Source: Callorhinchus milii (Eukaryota). Taken from it: a DNA stretch of 64,000 bases. The stretch is from the NCBI RefSeq assembly GCF_018977255.1, contig NW_024704743.1, forward strand, positions 13,642,001 through 13,706,000, in the 5' to 3' direction. The position numbers were made by a program, and so were the translations under genes. Below, piece after piece: positions 47,860 to 59,700 of the stretch. How positions within the stretch are numbered: the stretch's first letter is position 1; each line of letters opens with the position of its first letter. The notes below the pieces were generated by a model. That model saw only the letters and a list, made by a program, of their open reading frames with translations, did not search any database and was not told the DNA's origin.

Positions 47860-49850
47860 GCCTATTTGATCTCATCCATCCAGAACACCCACTCTACTGA
47901 CACCGACCCCACCCACATCTTCACAGCATCACTCTGGTACACCAGTCACCTCCGCTCCCTCAAGGCACAGGTGTGTGCAGCCAAACTCACCTGGCTCAAA
48001 TTTAACTTAATGGTCCATTGCAGATCTGGCTCGACCACATCAAAACTTACCACTCTGCCCTCACCTCGGCTAAATCATCCTTCTACTCCAAGACAATCTT
48101 GGAGGCCAAGGACACCCCCAGGCTTCTCTTCTCTACCACCAACAGGTTCCTATGCCCACCTTCTCATGCTTTGCCCATACTCTCCTCCAACACCAACTGC
48201 GAGGTGATGCTGGACTTCCTCAAAACCAAAATCAAGGGGATCCACTCAGCAGCCTCTGCCCTTCCAACTATTATCCCCTCCCCATCTCGCTGCTACTCAT
48301 CCCTCCCTCCACATCTTCGAACATATCTCTGCATCCTCTCTCACCACTATTATAACCAGCATGAAACAAACCACCTGCTCCCTCGACCCCTTCTCTACTC
48401 CTCTCCGTATCTCCCAGCTGCACCTCATTGTCCCTCTACTCACAGACATCATAAACCTCTCCCTGTCGACTGGCAACATTTCAACGTTTCAGGTAGGTTG
48501 GTAGGGAGTAAGGAGGTTGCAGGGATAGGGGGGAGTGAGGCCATGGAGGGCTTTGAAGGTGAGGAGATGAAGTGGAGACAGTGTGAGAGGTAGGATCTGA
48601 ACTATTCAAGGACAGAACCGTGATGGTTGAGGTGAGAGGAGAGGCGGTGGACGAGGATAGAGTGGTCAACGATATCGAAGGCAGCAGAGAGGTCAAGGAG
48701 GATGAGGAGGCAGAGGGAGCCCTGGTTGCAGATAGACAGAATGTCATTTGTCACTTTGACCAGTGCATTCGTCACCTCAAGGCTTGATTACGGGAACTCC
48801 CTCCTCATCGGCCTTCCCAACTCTTCCCTTCACAAGCTGCAGATCATCCAAAACTCTGCAGCTTGTGTACTCTCATTCACCATGCTCCGTGACCCGTTCA
48901 CTCCCATCCTCGCCCGACTCCACTGGCTCCCCATCCCCCAGAAGATCGAGTTCAAGATCCTCGTCCTCACCTTTAAGGCCATCCATGGCCTTGCACCCTC
49001 CTACCTCTCTGACCTGCTGACTCCTTACCAACCTGCCCTACCAACCTCTGTTCATCGGGCTCCAGCCTGCTCCATATCTCCCGCCCGACCCTCCCCACCA
49101 TTGGTGGCCGGGCTTTCAGCCTCTCTGCCCCCACGCTCTGGAACTCCATCCCACGGTCCTTTCGCCTCGCTTCCTCCCTTGCCTCCTTCAAGGTCAGTCT
49201 CAAGACCTTTCTCTTTGACCGTGCTTTTGGTCTCCCTCCCACCTCTCCGCCTTCCCTCACCCCTACACCACCCTCCCCCATGCCCGGACCCCAACACCTG
49301 ACTGTTCAGCGCTTTGGGAGGTCCTCCCAACGTGAAAGGCGCTCTATAAATGTAATTTTGTTGTTGTTGCTGTTTCTGTGCAGTGGGCAGCACAGAAACC
49401 CAATTGGAGGGATTGTGAAGGGAGTGGCAGGAGAGGAAGGAGTGAAGCTGGGAAGCAGCGACTCATTCCAGGACCTTGGAAAGGAAAGGAAGGTTAGAGG
49501 TGGGGCAGTAGTTAGAAAGTGGGAATGGGTTCAGGGAGGATTTTTTAAGGATAGGAGTGATGACAACCGTTTCTAAAGGGGTAGGAATGATGCCAGTGGA
49601 CAGGGAGAGGCTTATGATGTCTGTGAGTAGAGGGGCAAAGAAGTGGAGTTCGGAGATAAGGAGATGGGTAGGGATGGGATCGAGGGAGCAGGTGGTCAGT
49701 TTCATGCAGGTTACAGTGGTGGTGAGAGAGGAGGGGAGACAGGTTTGAAGTTGTCGAGGAAGGGATGGGTAGGGGCCGGGGTGTGAGGGGGAGATGGGGA
49801 GGGGATCGTGGATGGAAGGGCAGAGGCAGCTGAGCAAATCCCCTCGACTT
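47860..49850. mobile_element. Rearranged L2 cluster (+ 47860-48480, - 48485-48762, + 48765-49372, - 49465-49848)
   Basis: Abutting L2 ORF2 segments in alternating orientation. Confidence 0.85.
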
Positions 49851-50242
49851 TAGTTACCCTCTGAGTAAGGAAAAACTTCTTGGTATCTGTCTTGAAATTG
49901 TCATTTAGAACTCTAAACCCATGTAAAGTGTTGATCTGAGTTGACTTTTTCAAACCCATTTAAAATTTTATTAATCTAGTCAAGGTCCTCTGTGAGTCAT
50001 CTTCTCTCATGTCAGTTTATAGTGGAAAAATCAAATATCTCTGTGGTGGGGTTGAAATTTTATGTTAGTATTGTTAGCTAGTCGCTAAAAATAAGAATTT
50101 TAGCTCTGTGTTGCAAAAATTGATCTTAAATTGGCAAATGTTATTTTAGATTGTAGTTAGTTTGCGCCATCTGGTGGTGGAAAGCTGCAATTAACGCCAC
50201 CCTGTGAAGGAAAAGAGGAACTACAGCCATGAATCATAGCTT

Positions 50243-51600
50243 GTTTTTTGGTCAGACGTGTGTCTGATATACGCGGAAACCCATCACCATGTTTAAGAGT
50301 ATCCAAACCAAACTGAGAATTCCATGCATCCCATCTACACATGGAAATCCCAGAGATAGATTGTTGGAATGGAATGCGCACTCTCTCCCTGGAGGGACAC
50401 ATTCTGCTTATCTAATTCCGGAAAGTATTAGGCACAGGTTGGCAAGAGTCAAGACTTGGGGACCCAGAGTGTGCCTTGGAGAACTGCTGGAGTCTAACCA
50501 GCTAAAACCGCATAGCGTGCCATTGATATTGCTGCTCGCCAAGCGTTCGCGCTGCTTGTCCAGTTAGGAACTGCCTCCCCATTAGGGCTTAGGGCTTGGG
50601 ACGTCCTCCCGACGTGAAAGGCGCTCAATAAATGGAATCTTGTTGTTGTTGTTGTTGTAGGTTAAAAGGAGCTGAGTGGATTGACTCCCTGGAATACTGC
50701 GGACCTGCCTGGCTCAGGAACCGGCTTACCCAAGACCGAACAGAGGGCTGGCTCGATTCCGACATTCCATTGCCAGGCATGTCACCTTGGAGCCAGTTCA
50801 GCTCCAATTAGACCCCGCTTACCTTCCACCCCCCAAAGAGGAAGTTGGTTGTTCACCATCCGACAAGTGCGAGTTTTTTGACCTCACCAGGTGGATGGTA
50901 GGTACAAGGAACTCTCTGTGATCTTCCGTGAGAGCATTGCCACCACCTTCCTGTTCACAGTGAGCGATGGATCCACCAGTTGGAGTGCGGAGTTTAAGCA
51001 GCAGCTGCTTGGCCCTCTGCAGGCCAAGCAAGGTGGATTCCGCACACTGGACATACGAACATGTGTTCATGAAACTCGTTAACGCCTTCCAGCAGCTGTC
51101 GCCTCCAAGTCTTAGAGTTTCCTTATCATCTACTTGGGGGGCATCTGCCTTCAGCGTGCTGGGAAGACCTTTACAGCACAGCTTGTGACGTGCCAGCCAC
51201 CTTGATGTTCTTGAGGTCCAAGTCCAATGCTGCGTACCAGGCTTACTCAGCACAAGCTGCTCAATCCAGGTCCTCATGCGGGACCTTGGCAAATAGACGA
51301 GCCTACTGTGAAGCCAACTCTGCCTCCAGAGTGCTTAGCAACAAGTCAGTGTAGGCCAGAGCCCTCCCTGTAGCGACTTCCCGTGTTTGCCACAAATCCA
51401 CCTCACTGCTTGATCCTGTACTTTGCAGGTAGGTCGATGGAAGCTTCTCCCCTGCAGACTTAAGAGCTCAGATCCATAAAGGAGGGCTATTTGTACACAG
51501 GTCTTGTATGCCAGAAACTTGACCTGCATTGGGACCTTGCTGTCCTTGAGGAGGGATGAGCATGACCAGCGTGCCCTTAGCCCCTTCTTAGCACGGTTTC
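50243..51600 (-). mobile_element. Longest copy of the RTE-like LINE (decayed ORF2 C-terminus plus about 0.8 kb of 3' region), with a nested L2 tail at about 50593-50658
   Basis: Minus strand gives KFLAYKTCVQIALLYGSELL..SFHR and RHKLCCKGLPSTLKA..DDKETL..CWK, resembling RTE-clade YKACV.STLLYGSE.W and the RPKLR.KD..K..WE C-terminus; ends ctgaccaaaaaa. Confidence 0.65.
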
Positions 51601-51849
51601 AGGACAGTGTCCAGGCTGAAGTTAGTGTCAAGCACAACCTGTATTTAAGCGCTCTGGACGCTACCCTACATGAAGGGCGATATGTAAATATAAGTTGTTA
51701 TTGTTGTTGTTACTCTACCAACAGGTGGAAAAGAGGAACAGTTCTACCTAAGGAATCCAGTACCAACATGGGAGGGAGAAAGAGAATAATTGCACCCAAA
51801 ATAATATATTACAATAGTCCTTATATTTGGGACATATTGTTGCCTGGTG

Positions 51850-54550
51850 ATCAGAGAATCATAGAATTATACAGCACAGAAGGAGGCCTTCGGACCATCG
51901 TGTCTGTGCCGGCTCTTTGAAAAGAGCTATCCAACTCAATCCCACTCCCCCGCGCTCTCTCCATAGCCCTGCAAACTTGTCCTCCCCAAATAATTATCTG
52001 CTTCTCTCTTAAAAGTTGTTATCGAATCGGCTTCCACCACCCTTTCAGGCAATGCATTCCAGATTCCAATAAATCGCTGTGTGAAAAAATTTCTCTTCAT
52101 CTCCGTTTCTTTTAACAACTATTTTAAATCGGTGATCTCGAGTTACTGACCCACTGGCCAGTGGAAATAATTTCTCCTTGCTACCCTATTGAATCCCCTC
52201 ATAATTTTGAAAACTTCTATTAAGTTTCCTCTTAACCTTCTCTGCTCCAAGGAGAATAATCCTCGCTTCTCTATCCTCTCCTGATAACTGAAGTCCCTCA
52301 TTCCTGGTATAATCCTTGTAAATCTCCTTTGCACCTTCTCCAATGTCCTTCCTAAAGTGTGGTGCCCAGAACTGAACCCAGTCTCTAGCTGAGGCCTAAC
52401 CAATATTTTATAAAGGTTCATCATAACTTCTTGACTTTTGTATTCTATGCCCCTATTTTTAAAGCCTAGTATCCCGGATGCTTTCTAGCTTTATCTACCT
52501 GTCCTGCCACTTTCAAAGATTTACTTATATGAAACCCCAAATCTCTCTGTTCCTTCATCCCCTTTAAGATTGTACCATCAGCTTATATTGCCTCTCCTCA
52601 TTCTTCCTCCCAAAATGAGTCACTTCGCATTTCTCTGCATTAAACTTTATCTGCCACGTGTCAGCCCATTTTACCAGTCTGTCTGTGTCCAGTTGCAGTC
52701 TGCTCCTATCCTCCTCACTGTTTATTACTTTTCCTAGCTTAGTATCATCTGCAAACTTCGAAATTGACTCCCTATACCCAAGTCCAGGTCATTTATATAA
52801 ATCAAAAACAACAGAGGTCCCAATACTGACCCCTGGGGGACACCACTGCACACTTCCCTCCAGTCAGAAAAACAACCGTTCACCACCACTCTTTGCTTTC
52901 TGTCTCTCAGCCAGTTCTGTATCCATGCTGCCAAAATACCGTGGACTTCTATTGGGTTGAATTCAAGATCCTCATCCTCACCTACAAGGCCATTCACGGC
53001 CTTGCTCCCTCCTACCTCTCTGACCTACTATCCCCCCCCCCGTACCTGCCCGTACCGTCCGTTCCTCTGGCTCTGGTCTGCTCCACATCCCCCGCCCCAA
53101 CCGCCCTACCATCGGTTGCTGGGCCTTCAGCCTCTTAGCCCCGAGGCTCTGGAACTCCATCCCCCAGTGCCTTCACCGCCTCCTCCCTTTCCTCCTTCAA
53201 CGCCGGTCTCAAGACCTTTCTCTTCGACCGTGCCTTCAGCTCCCCTCTCGACTCTCTACCCACTCCTCGCTCCCTCCCTTCCCTCCCCTCACCCTGACCA
53301 TTTCCCCACTGCTCGGGTCCCGACCAATTGTCCAGTGCCTTGGGATGTCCTCCCGACGTGAAAGGTGCTCTATAAATGAAATCTTGTTGTTGTGGTTGCT
53401 TAAAAGTCTCTTATGTCGCACTTTATCAAACGCCTTTTGAAAATCCATATAAACTATATCAACTGCACTACCTTTATCCACCCTCTCCATTACTTCATCA
53501 AAAAACTCTATCAGGTTTGTTAGACATGATTTGCCTTTAACAAATCTGTGTTGGCTGTCCTTTATTAACCCATATTTTTCTAAGTAAAAAATTATTTTGT
53601 CCTGGGTTATCGTCTCTAGAAAATTTCCCACTTCTGACGTTAGGCTAACTGGCCTGCAGTTCCTGGGTTTATTCTTCTGCCCCTTTTTATACAGGGGAGT
53701 AACATTTGCAAACCTCCGGTCCTCAGGCAGCACCCTGGTGTCCAAGGAAAATTGAAAGATGTGGCCAGAGCCTCTGTTATTTCCACCCTTACTTCCCTCA
53801 GTAACCTAGAATGCATCTCATCTGGACTGGGTGACTTATCTACCTTGAACATCGACGATCTTTCTAGTACCGCCTCTCGGTTTATTCTTATCTTATCCAA
53901 TTTCTCTATCGTCTCCGCCGATATTGTGGCAATGGCTGCATCCTCTTCTTTTGGGAAGACAGAATCATAGACTCATTCAGTACGTCAGCCATGCCCTCTG
54001 CCTCCATAAGAGGATTTCCTCTTTGGTCTCTAATTGGACCCACCTCACCTTTGATTAACCTTTTATTCTTTATGCACTTATAAAATACCTTAGGGTTCTC
54101 TTTTATGTTACCTGCTAATCTTTTCTCATTCAATCGCTTTGCCTCTCTTATTTCCTTTTTCAGTTCTCCTCTGTAGTTTCAAAATCCAATATGTCTTGAT
54201 TTGATGTCAAGTGTCAATGGATTATCTTCTGTATTTTGGATCTGACATTTATCTTAAACCTGTTTCTGTTTTATTTTAATCCAATTTCCTTAGTCATCCA
54301 GGCAAATTTGGATGCCCTATCTTTCCCAATTTTGGGAATGTATTTGTTCGGTCCCTGAACTATCTCCTCCTTGAAGGCTTCCCATTGCTCGTCAGGTTTT
54401 TTACCTGTCAATCTTTCTTTCCAGTCCACCTTGGTTGGGTCCCTTTTAAATTCATTGAAATTATCCCTTTTCCAGTTGAGTATCTTCACCCTTGATTGCT
54501 CCTTGTCCCTTTCCATAAGTACTCTAAAGCTAATGATGTTGTGATCACTG
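51850..54550 (-). mobile_element. CR1 LINE, 3' part of ORF2 and tail (about 2.3 kb), split by an L2 3' fragment (+, about 52955-53393)
   Basis: SDHNIISF (endonuclease end), [66 protein letters not shown]. Confidence 0.95.
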
Positions 54551-54819
54551 ATGGAAAACAGAGCAAGTGGACCTGTGAAACCCAGCGCCATCTGGGAATG
54601 GAACCATTACTCGCGAGTCAACTTCAACATTTTTCAGATGCCAGATTGGTTTAATTTAGCTGTTCAGCTGTTCAGTGAACAGGAACGGGCTAAGGAGTTA
54701 TTGCAAGAATTTAAACCCCTGTTTTTTTTCAATGGTTAGTCACAATAAGGTTGATGGCAATGAGGCAAAAATATGCAAAATGTTTTTATTAGGTGTAAGT
54801 ATTAGCCTGGCACGGTTGG

Positions 54820-55235
54820 TAGCACTCCTGCCTTTGAGTCAAAATTATGTTGTTTCAACACATAAATTGGGACTTGGAACCCATATAATCTATGCTGACA
54901 CTCCAATGTTTTGCTGGAGGTGCCATCCTTCAACAATAACAACATCAACAGCAACAACCAACAACCAATAACCTAACAACCTCAGTTTAACATCCCATCC
55001 TTCAGATGGGATGTTAAAATGAGGTCCTAACCGCCTGTACTGGTAGATGTTAAAATGTTAAAGACACTACAATCCCCCACAAAATTGATCATTCACTCAA
55101 TGGCTGTTTGTGGGATATTGCTGTGTGCAAATTGGCTGCTGCATTTCGCCCACAAAAGGTCACCTTTTGTGAAGTCACTCCACTTTATTCTAAGAAGAGT
55201 TTCGACATTGTTCCAAGGTGCTATATCAAGTGAAA
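54820..55235 (+). mobile_element. DeuSINE-like element
   Basis: ggcacggttggtagcactcctgcctttgagtc head; gatgttaaaatgaggtcc; gctgtttgtgggatattgctgtgtgcaaattggctgc. Confidence 0.7.
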
Positions 55236-56439
55236 GGATATACTTTCTCCTAACAAGGAAGTTTATATGTTTTTTAACAAAAACAGAAATTACTTTCCTT
55301 TCTCCATAGATGCTGCCTTGACCTTCTGAGTGTTCCCAGCGACTTTTGTTTTTGTTTCAGATTTCCAACATCTGCAGTGTTTTGCATTTTGTTGATATGT
55401 CTTTCCTTCCCTTTTCTTTTGAAGTAGATTTAGAGAAATGAGCCAATTTACACAGAATTTTAGGGGGCTTATATTGGGATTTTCCCAGATCATTATTGTT
55501 GGTAATTTTACAAAGAATATTTTGTGAAACTTTGATCACCAAGTAGTTTTGAAGGTAGAATATTTCTGATGTTATTGTGTTCCTCTCCTCAGTAGTAAAA
55601 AAAATTAATTCTGGGTATCAGGCAGAGAGGAAAATGTGGATTTGATCAAAATATCAGGGATACACCTCCAAATAGTTAACTGTAGAAAGGTATAGAAATT
55701 ATTTCCCCAAATGCCTTTTTTTTATACACAATATTGGTATTTTGTTACCTTGGCACAGCAATTCAATCCCCACCTCAGTTTCTCTCAAAATCACAGGGCG
55801 TATTATTCATTAAGTAGTTAATTTCCTAACAAAACTTTTGTCAATGAGTGACGCTTCACCACTCAGAACAGATGCTGCAAAACAGCAGATCGGTCAGAGG
55901 AGACTATTACATTGGGGACATAATTAAAATTGGAACACGCATAACTCACAGGGTGAGATCATGCAAGGCATATGAAATATGTCATTTATTTCTAGAATAT
56001 TTTGAACAATTTATTTCCAGGCAGTTGATTAAATACACCACAAAACACACTTATTATATACAGTAACTTCAAGTAGAATTGAATGTTAAATTGTGCATTT
56101 AATACATTGTGAGATGTATTCAATGGGACTGTGCATTATTCCAGTCAGATGAACTTACATTTGTACTTTTTAACTGTTTGGTGTGACACATGTATTACCA
56201 GTAGCTAAGTGCAGCCGAAATAATGGAGAATAAAACTGTTTTATGTTTGGCTATTCTTGCACTGTGTAAAAGTACTTTTGACTTGATCACACTATTAGCA
56301 GTGGAAAATTGAAATATTGCAAGAATAAAGTTACATTTATAAAGCATCTTTCCATAAAACACTGTGAAGCTCCTTAGAGAATGAAATTAGTTAGAACCAA
56401 AGTGAATGTGATCAGAATACCCCACTCCCACCTCTCACC

Positions 56440-56755
56440 CCCGCATCCCCCCACCGCCTCAGCGGACACCAGTCATCTCCATATCCCCCGCATGGCCCGC
56501 CCCACTATGCCTCCAGCCTCTCTTTGCCTCCACCCTTTGGAACTCCAGCCATGGTCTCCAGCCACTCCCTCCCTCACTTCAAGGCCCATCTCAAGACCCG
56601 CCTCTTCAACTGTGTCTTCGGTCACCCTCCTATCCCTACCCTCCCCGCCCTCCACCCTTTCTGATCCCAACCCCCAGCGGGTTACAAATCCCTAAATATG
56701 CATCGCCTTGGGACGTCCTCCTGACGTGAAAGGCCCTATACAAAGGTAATTTGCT
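56440..56755 (+). mobile_element. L2 3' fragment
   Basis: cttcaaggcccatctcaagacc..ttgggacgtcctcctgacgtgaaaggc. Confidence 0.8.
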
Positions 56756-59700
56756 TGTAACAGTGCTTAGTGGGTTATGGCCTTGCTCTCAGAGCTCTAT
56801 CTCTGTTGTCAGGTGCCTTGTTGCACATATCCGTTGGACAGTGTTTGAGCTCAAGGAGAGATAAGATGAATTAAATAACTGTTAAAATGGAGGATAAGGC
56901 TCCATAATGGCTTTATTGTGGATTTTTTTGAAGCTTGTTCGAATCCTGTTCTAGTCTCATGCATTAGCGGTGAAGCTCATTCCTGTTGGTTATTTGAAAT
57001 TGAAGTTGAAATTCATTTGATTTTTCTCCTGAGTTCTTAGAAATTGTCCGGAACTGGGCGGTGTTGGAGACCCAACCTTTGTGCTTTGCTAAATGTGTCT
57101 ATGCACTTGGTAATTTGTTTTTCTGCCCACTCCAGTTTGGACAATGTAGTCAATCAATCCATTCATTTTCCTTGTTTCACAACCGCCCAGGATGTGACCT
57201 TCAGGAGTTGTTTACAGAGCGCATTCAGAACTGCTAGTGACTATAACAGTTATGTTTAATGCCCCTTTGTACTGTCCAGTAGGCACTTTACATGAATTAT
57301 TGTTGGGAACCAGCATTGCCAAATAACATGCAAATTACTGAGCAAAATTAAAAGAATTCACTTATTTCACACGCAGAGAAGCCAGAACAATCAACGTACA
57401 GTACTTAGAAAGAATACTTTGCTGGGTTTGAGATAAAATATTTATTAGGAGGTCCTTACTGTAGGTATCATGTTGGGCATGTAGTGATTAGATGAATTAC
57501 CATTCTAAACAGAATCATATACAAAAAGGGAGGTAAACAGAAGTGCGTGATTCAATGAAACTTGCCTAAAGTTTCGCCCTGCCTGCATTGAACCCGGGTC
57601 CACTTGCTTGTGAGGCAAGAAAGCTAACCCACTATGGGAATCCAGGTTCAATTCCGGTGGGGGGTGAAACCTAAAAATGAAATGGTAAGGACCAATCTTC
57701 CTGCAGACTTTCTATTGCAAGAAAATAACAGGCGCAATAACAGTGTAAATCTTTTTTTATTATAAAACTGCAAAGGAAACAATTATAAATATACTTTGGA
57801 ATGAGCTTGCTTTTTCTACATGTAACAACATGGAAAATAAAATCCCAAGTATAATAAACAAACAGTAGTAGCATTTTTCTTTGATCGGAAATAAAGTGTG
57901 GAATAATGAAAGTCAACTTTTGCAGTATCTATACATGTCTATACATGTGCAGTGATGTGTGTGCTGTGAGGAGGCTCAACATGAAAGGCAACATTTAAAC
58001 ATTCGGAAAACTCTTCAGTCAATTTTATAAAGCGGGTAGATGAAACCTCCACATTGGTTAAAATCTATAGATTACATATATTCTATATTATACGATGCGA
58101 TTATTTATCCCTATTCCACCAAGAATCAGAGGGAGAGAGAGAGAGAGAGCGAGAGGAAAAAACAATCCTAATGGGGCTTCAAGAGTGTTGGGGACACACT
58201 AGTAGAATCTGGGCACTAAATCTAGTGATCTGACCATTTTTGATTCTTTATTAGCAAAAAGCGAGAAAGCCAGCAAATCTCTGCATGGACTTGGACGCCT
58301 TTTCACAGAGAGTCAGCCCTGACCCTTGAAGTAACCTGTGCACAGAGATGCCCTCGGGCTATACTGCCAAATGCAACTCCAATAACCACTGCCATATGAC
58401 AAAGTTGCACTGTTTCCCTGAGCTCATGTCCAGAGGGCAGTAGGTTAACGACCTTGTCCACTGAGACGATCAATTGTCTTCACCTTTGCCACACACGCTA
58501 ACACATTCTTTGCAATCGACATTCATAAATAATTACTATCCTAAGGTCTGCAAATGGCTTCTTTATTTAGGCTTTCCCATGACACACACTGTACTGATCA
58601 ATCACAAAAGTCATGCACTATAAATAACCTGTTGCAAAGAGAGGCGGCAGCTGCAAATTATTAAAACAGGATTAATAATAGCAGACAATCCATGCACAGC
58701 AACCTCTATCTCTTTCTATATGGAGCCCATGCTTTTCTCTCTAAAACACACAAAGCAGCTGCACGCCCCAAGTTCCCAGCTCCGCAATGCATATTCCTAG
58801 CTTGGACTGGCTGACAGAAATCTGTTTGCGCCATTCCTCAGGACAAACACCATGGAAGTTTTTGCTGGCCTGAAGCAACCTAGCTTGTTTTCCAGGCAGG
58901 TTTTCTTTAGTTGCTGGGACATCTTGGTCAAATACATTTCAAAAGCAAAGTGTTTCTGGTACTCCTCCAGCTGCCCTCTATCACCTGTTACCTGGAGTGA
59001 GATGCAGCCAGAACTGTCTGGTTGTGGAGGGTCTTAGATGGTCCAGCGCCTTGGGACATCCTCTCGACGTGAAAGGCGTTATACAAATGTAATCTTGTTG
59101 TTGTATTTAAGGGAAGGTGTGAAAATGTTGCTGAAGACACGTTGAGCCCCTTTGTGGGAATCCTTCACATTACAAGCTTATACTCAAGCATAAGCAACTT
59201 AAGCAACTCAAATACGTGAGTAAAAGACACCGAGCCAGATCCCTTCATAGACCGTTCAGAGCCTGCTGGTTCAGTCACTGAAATGAGAACGAGCTATCAT
59301 TTTGCCACGAGTATCAAAGTGTGTGGAGAATAGCTTAAACAGTGCAGCTATCCTCACTGTGTTGCACCAGCTAACAATACGCACAGAAAGGAAGCTTGGT
59401 GGTCACTTGGGCCTTTGGGAATCAAAAGGTTATATTTTCTAAACATATTAATGAGTTTATATTACCTTTTATCCTTTAGTAACATGCTCAATTATCAATT
59501 GCTCAATTATCCTTTAGTAACATGCTCGGTTAGCATATATATATACTGTATCTGACTTTCGTCTTAAACAGGAACAGACTGTAACATAGTGGAATACAAT
59601 AACTTATACGTCAAACAGGAAACCTGCCCCTGTGTAAATGACCATGAGTCAACTCAGCAATAGGGTCCAATTCATGATATTGTTCAATGAGATTCCTAGA

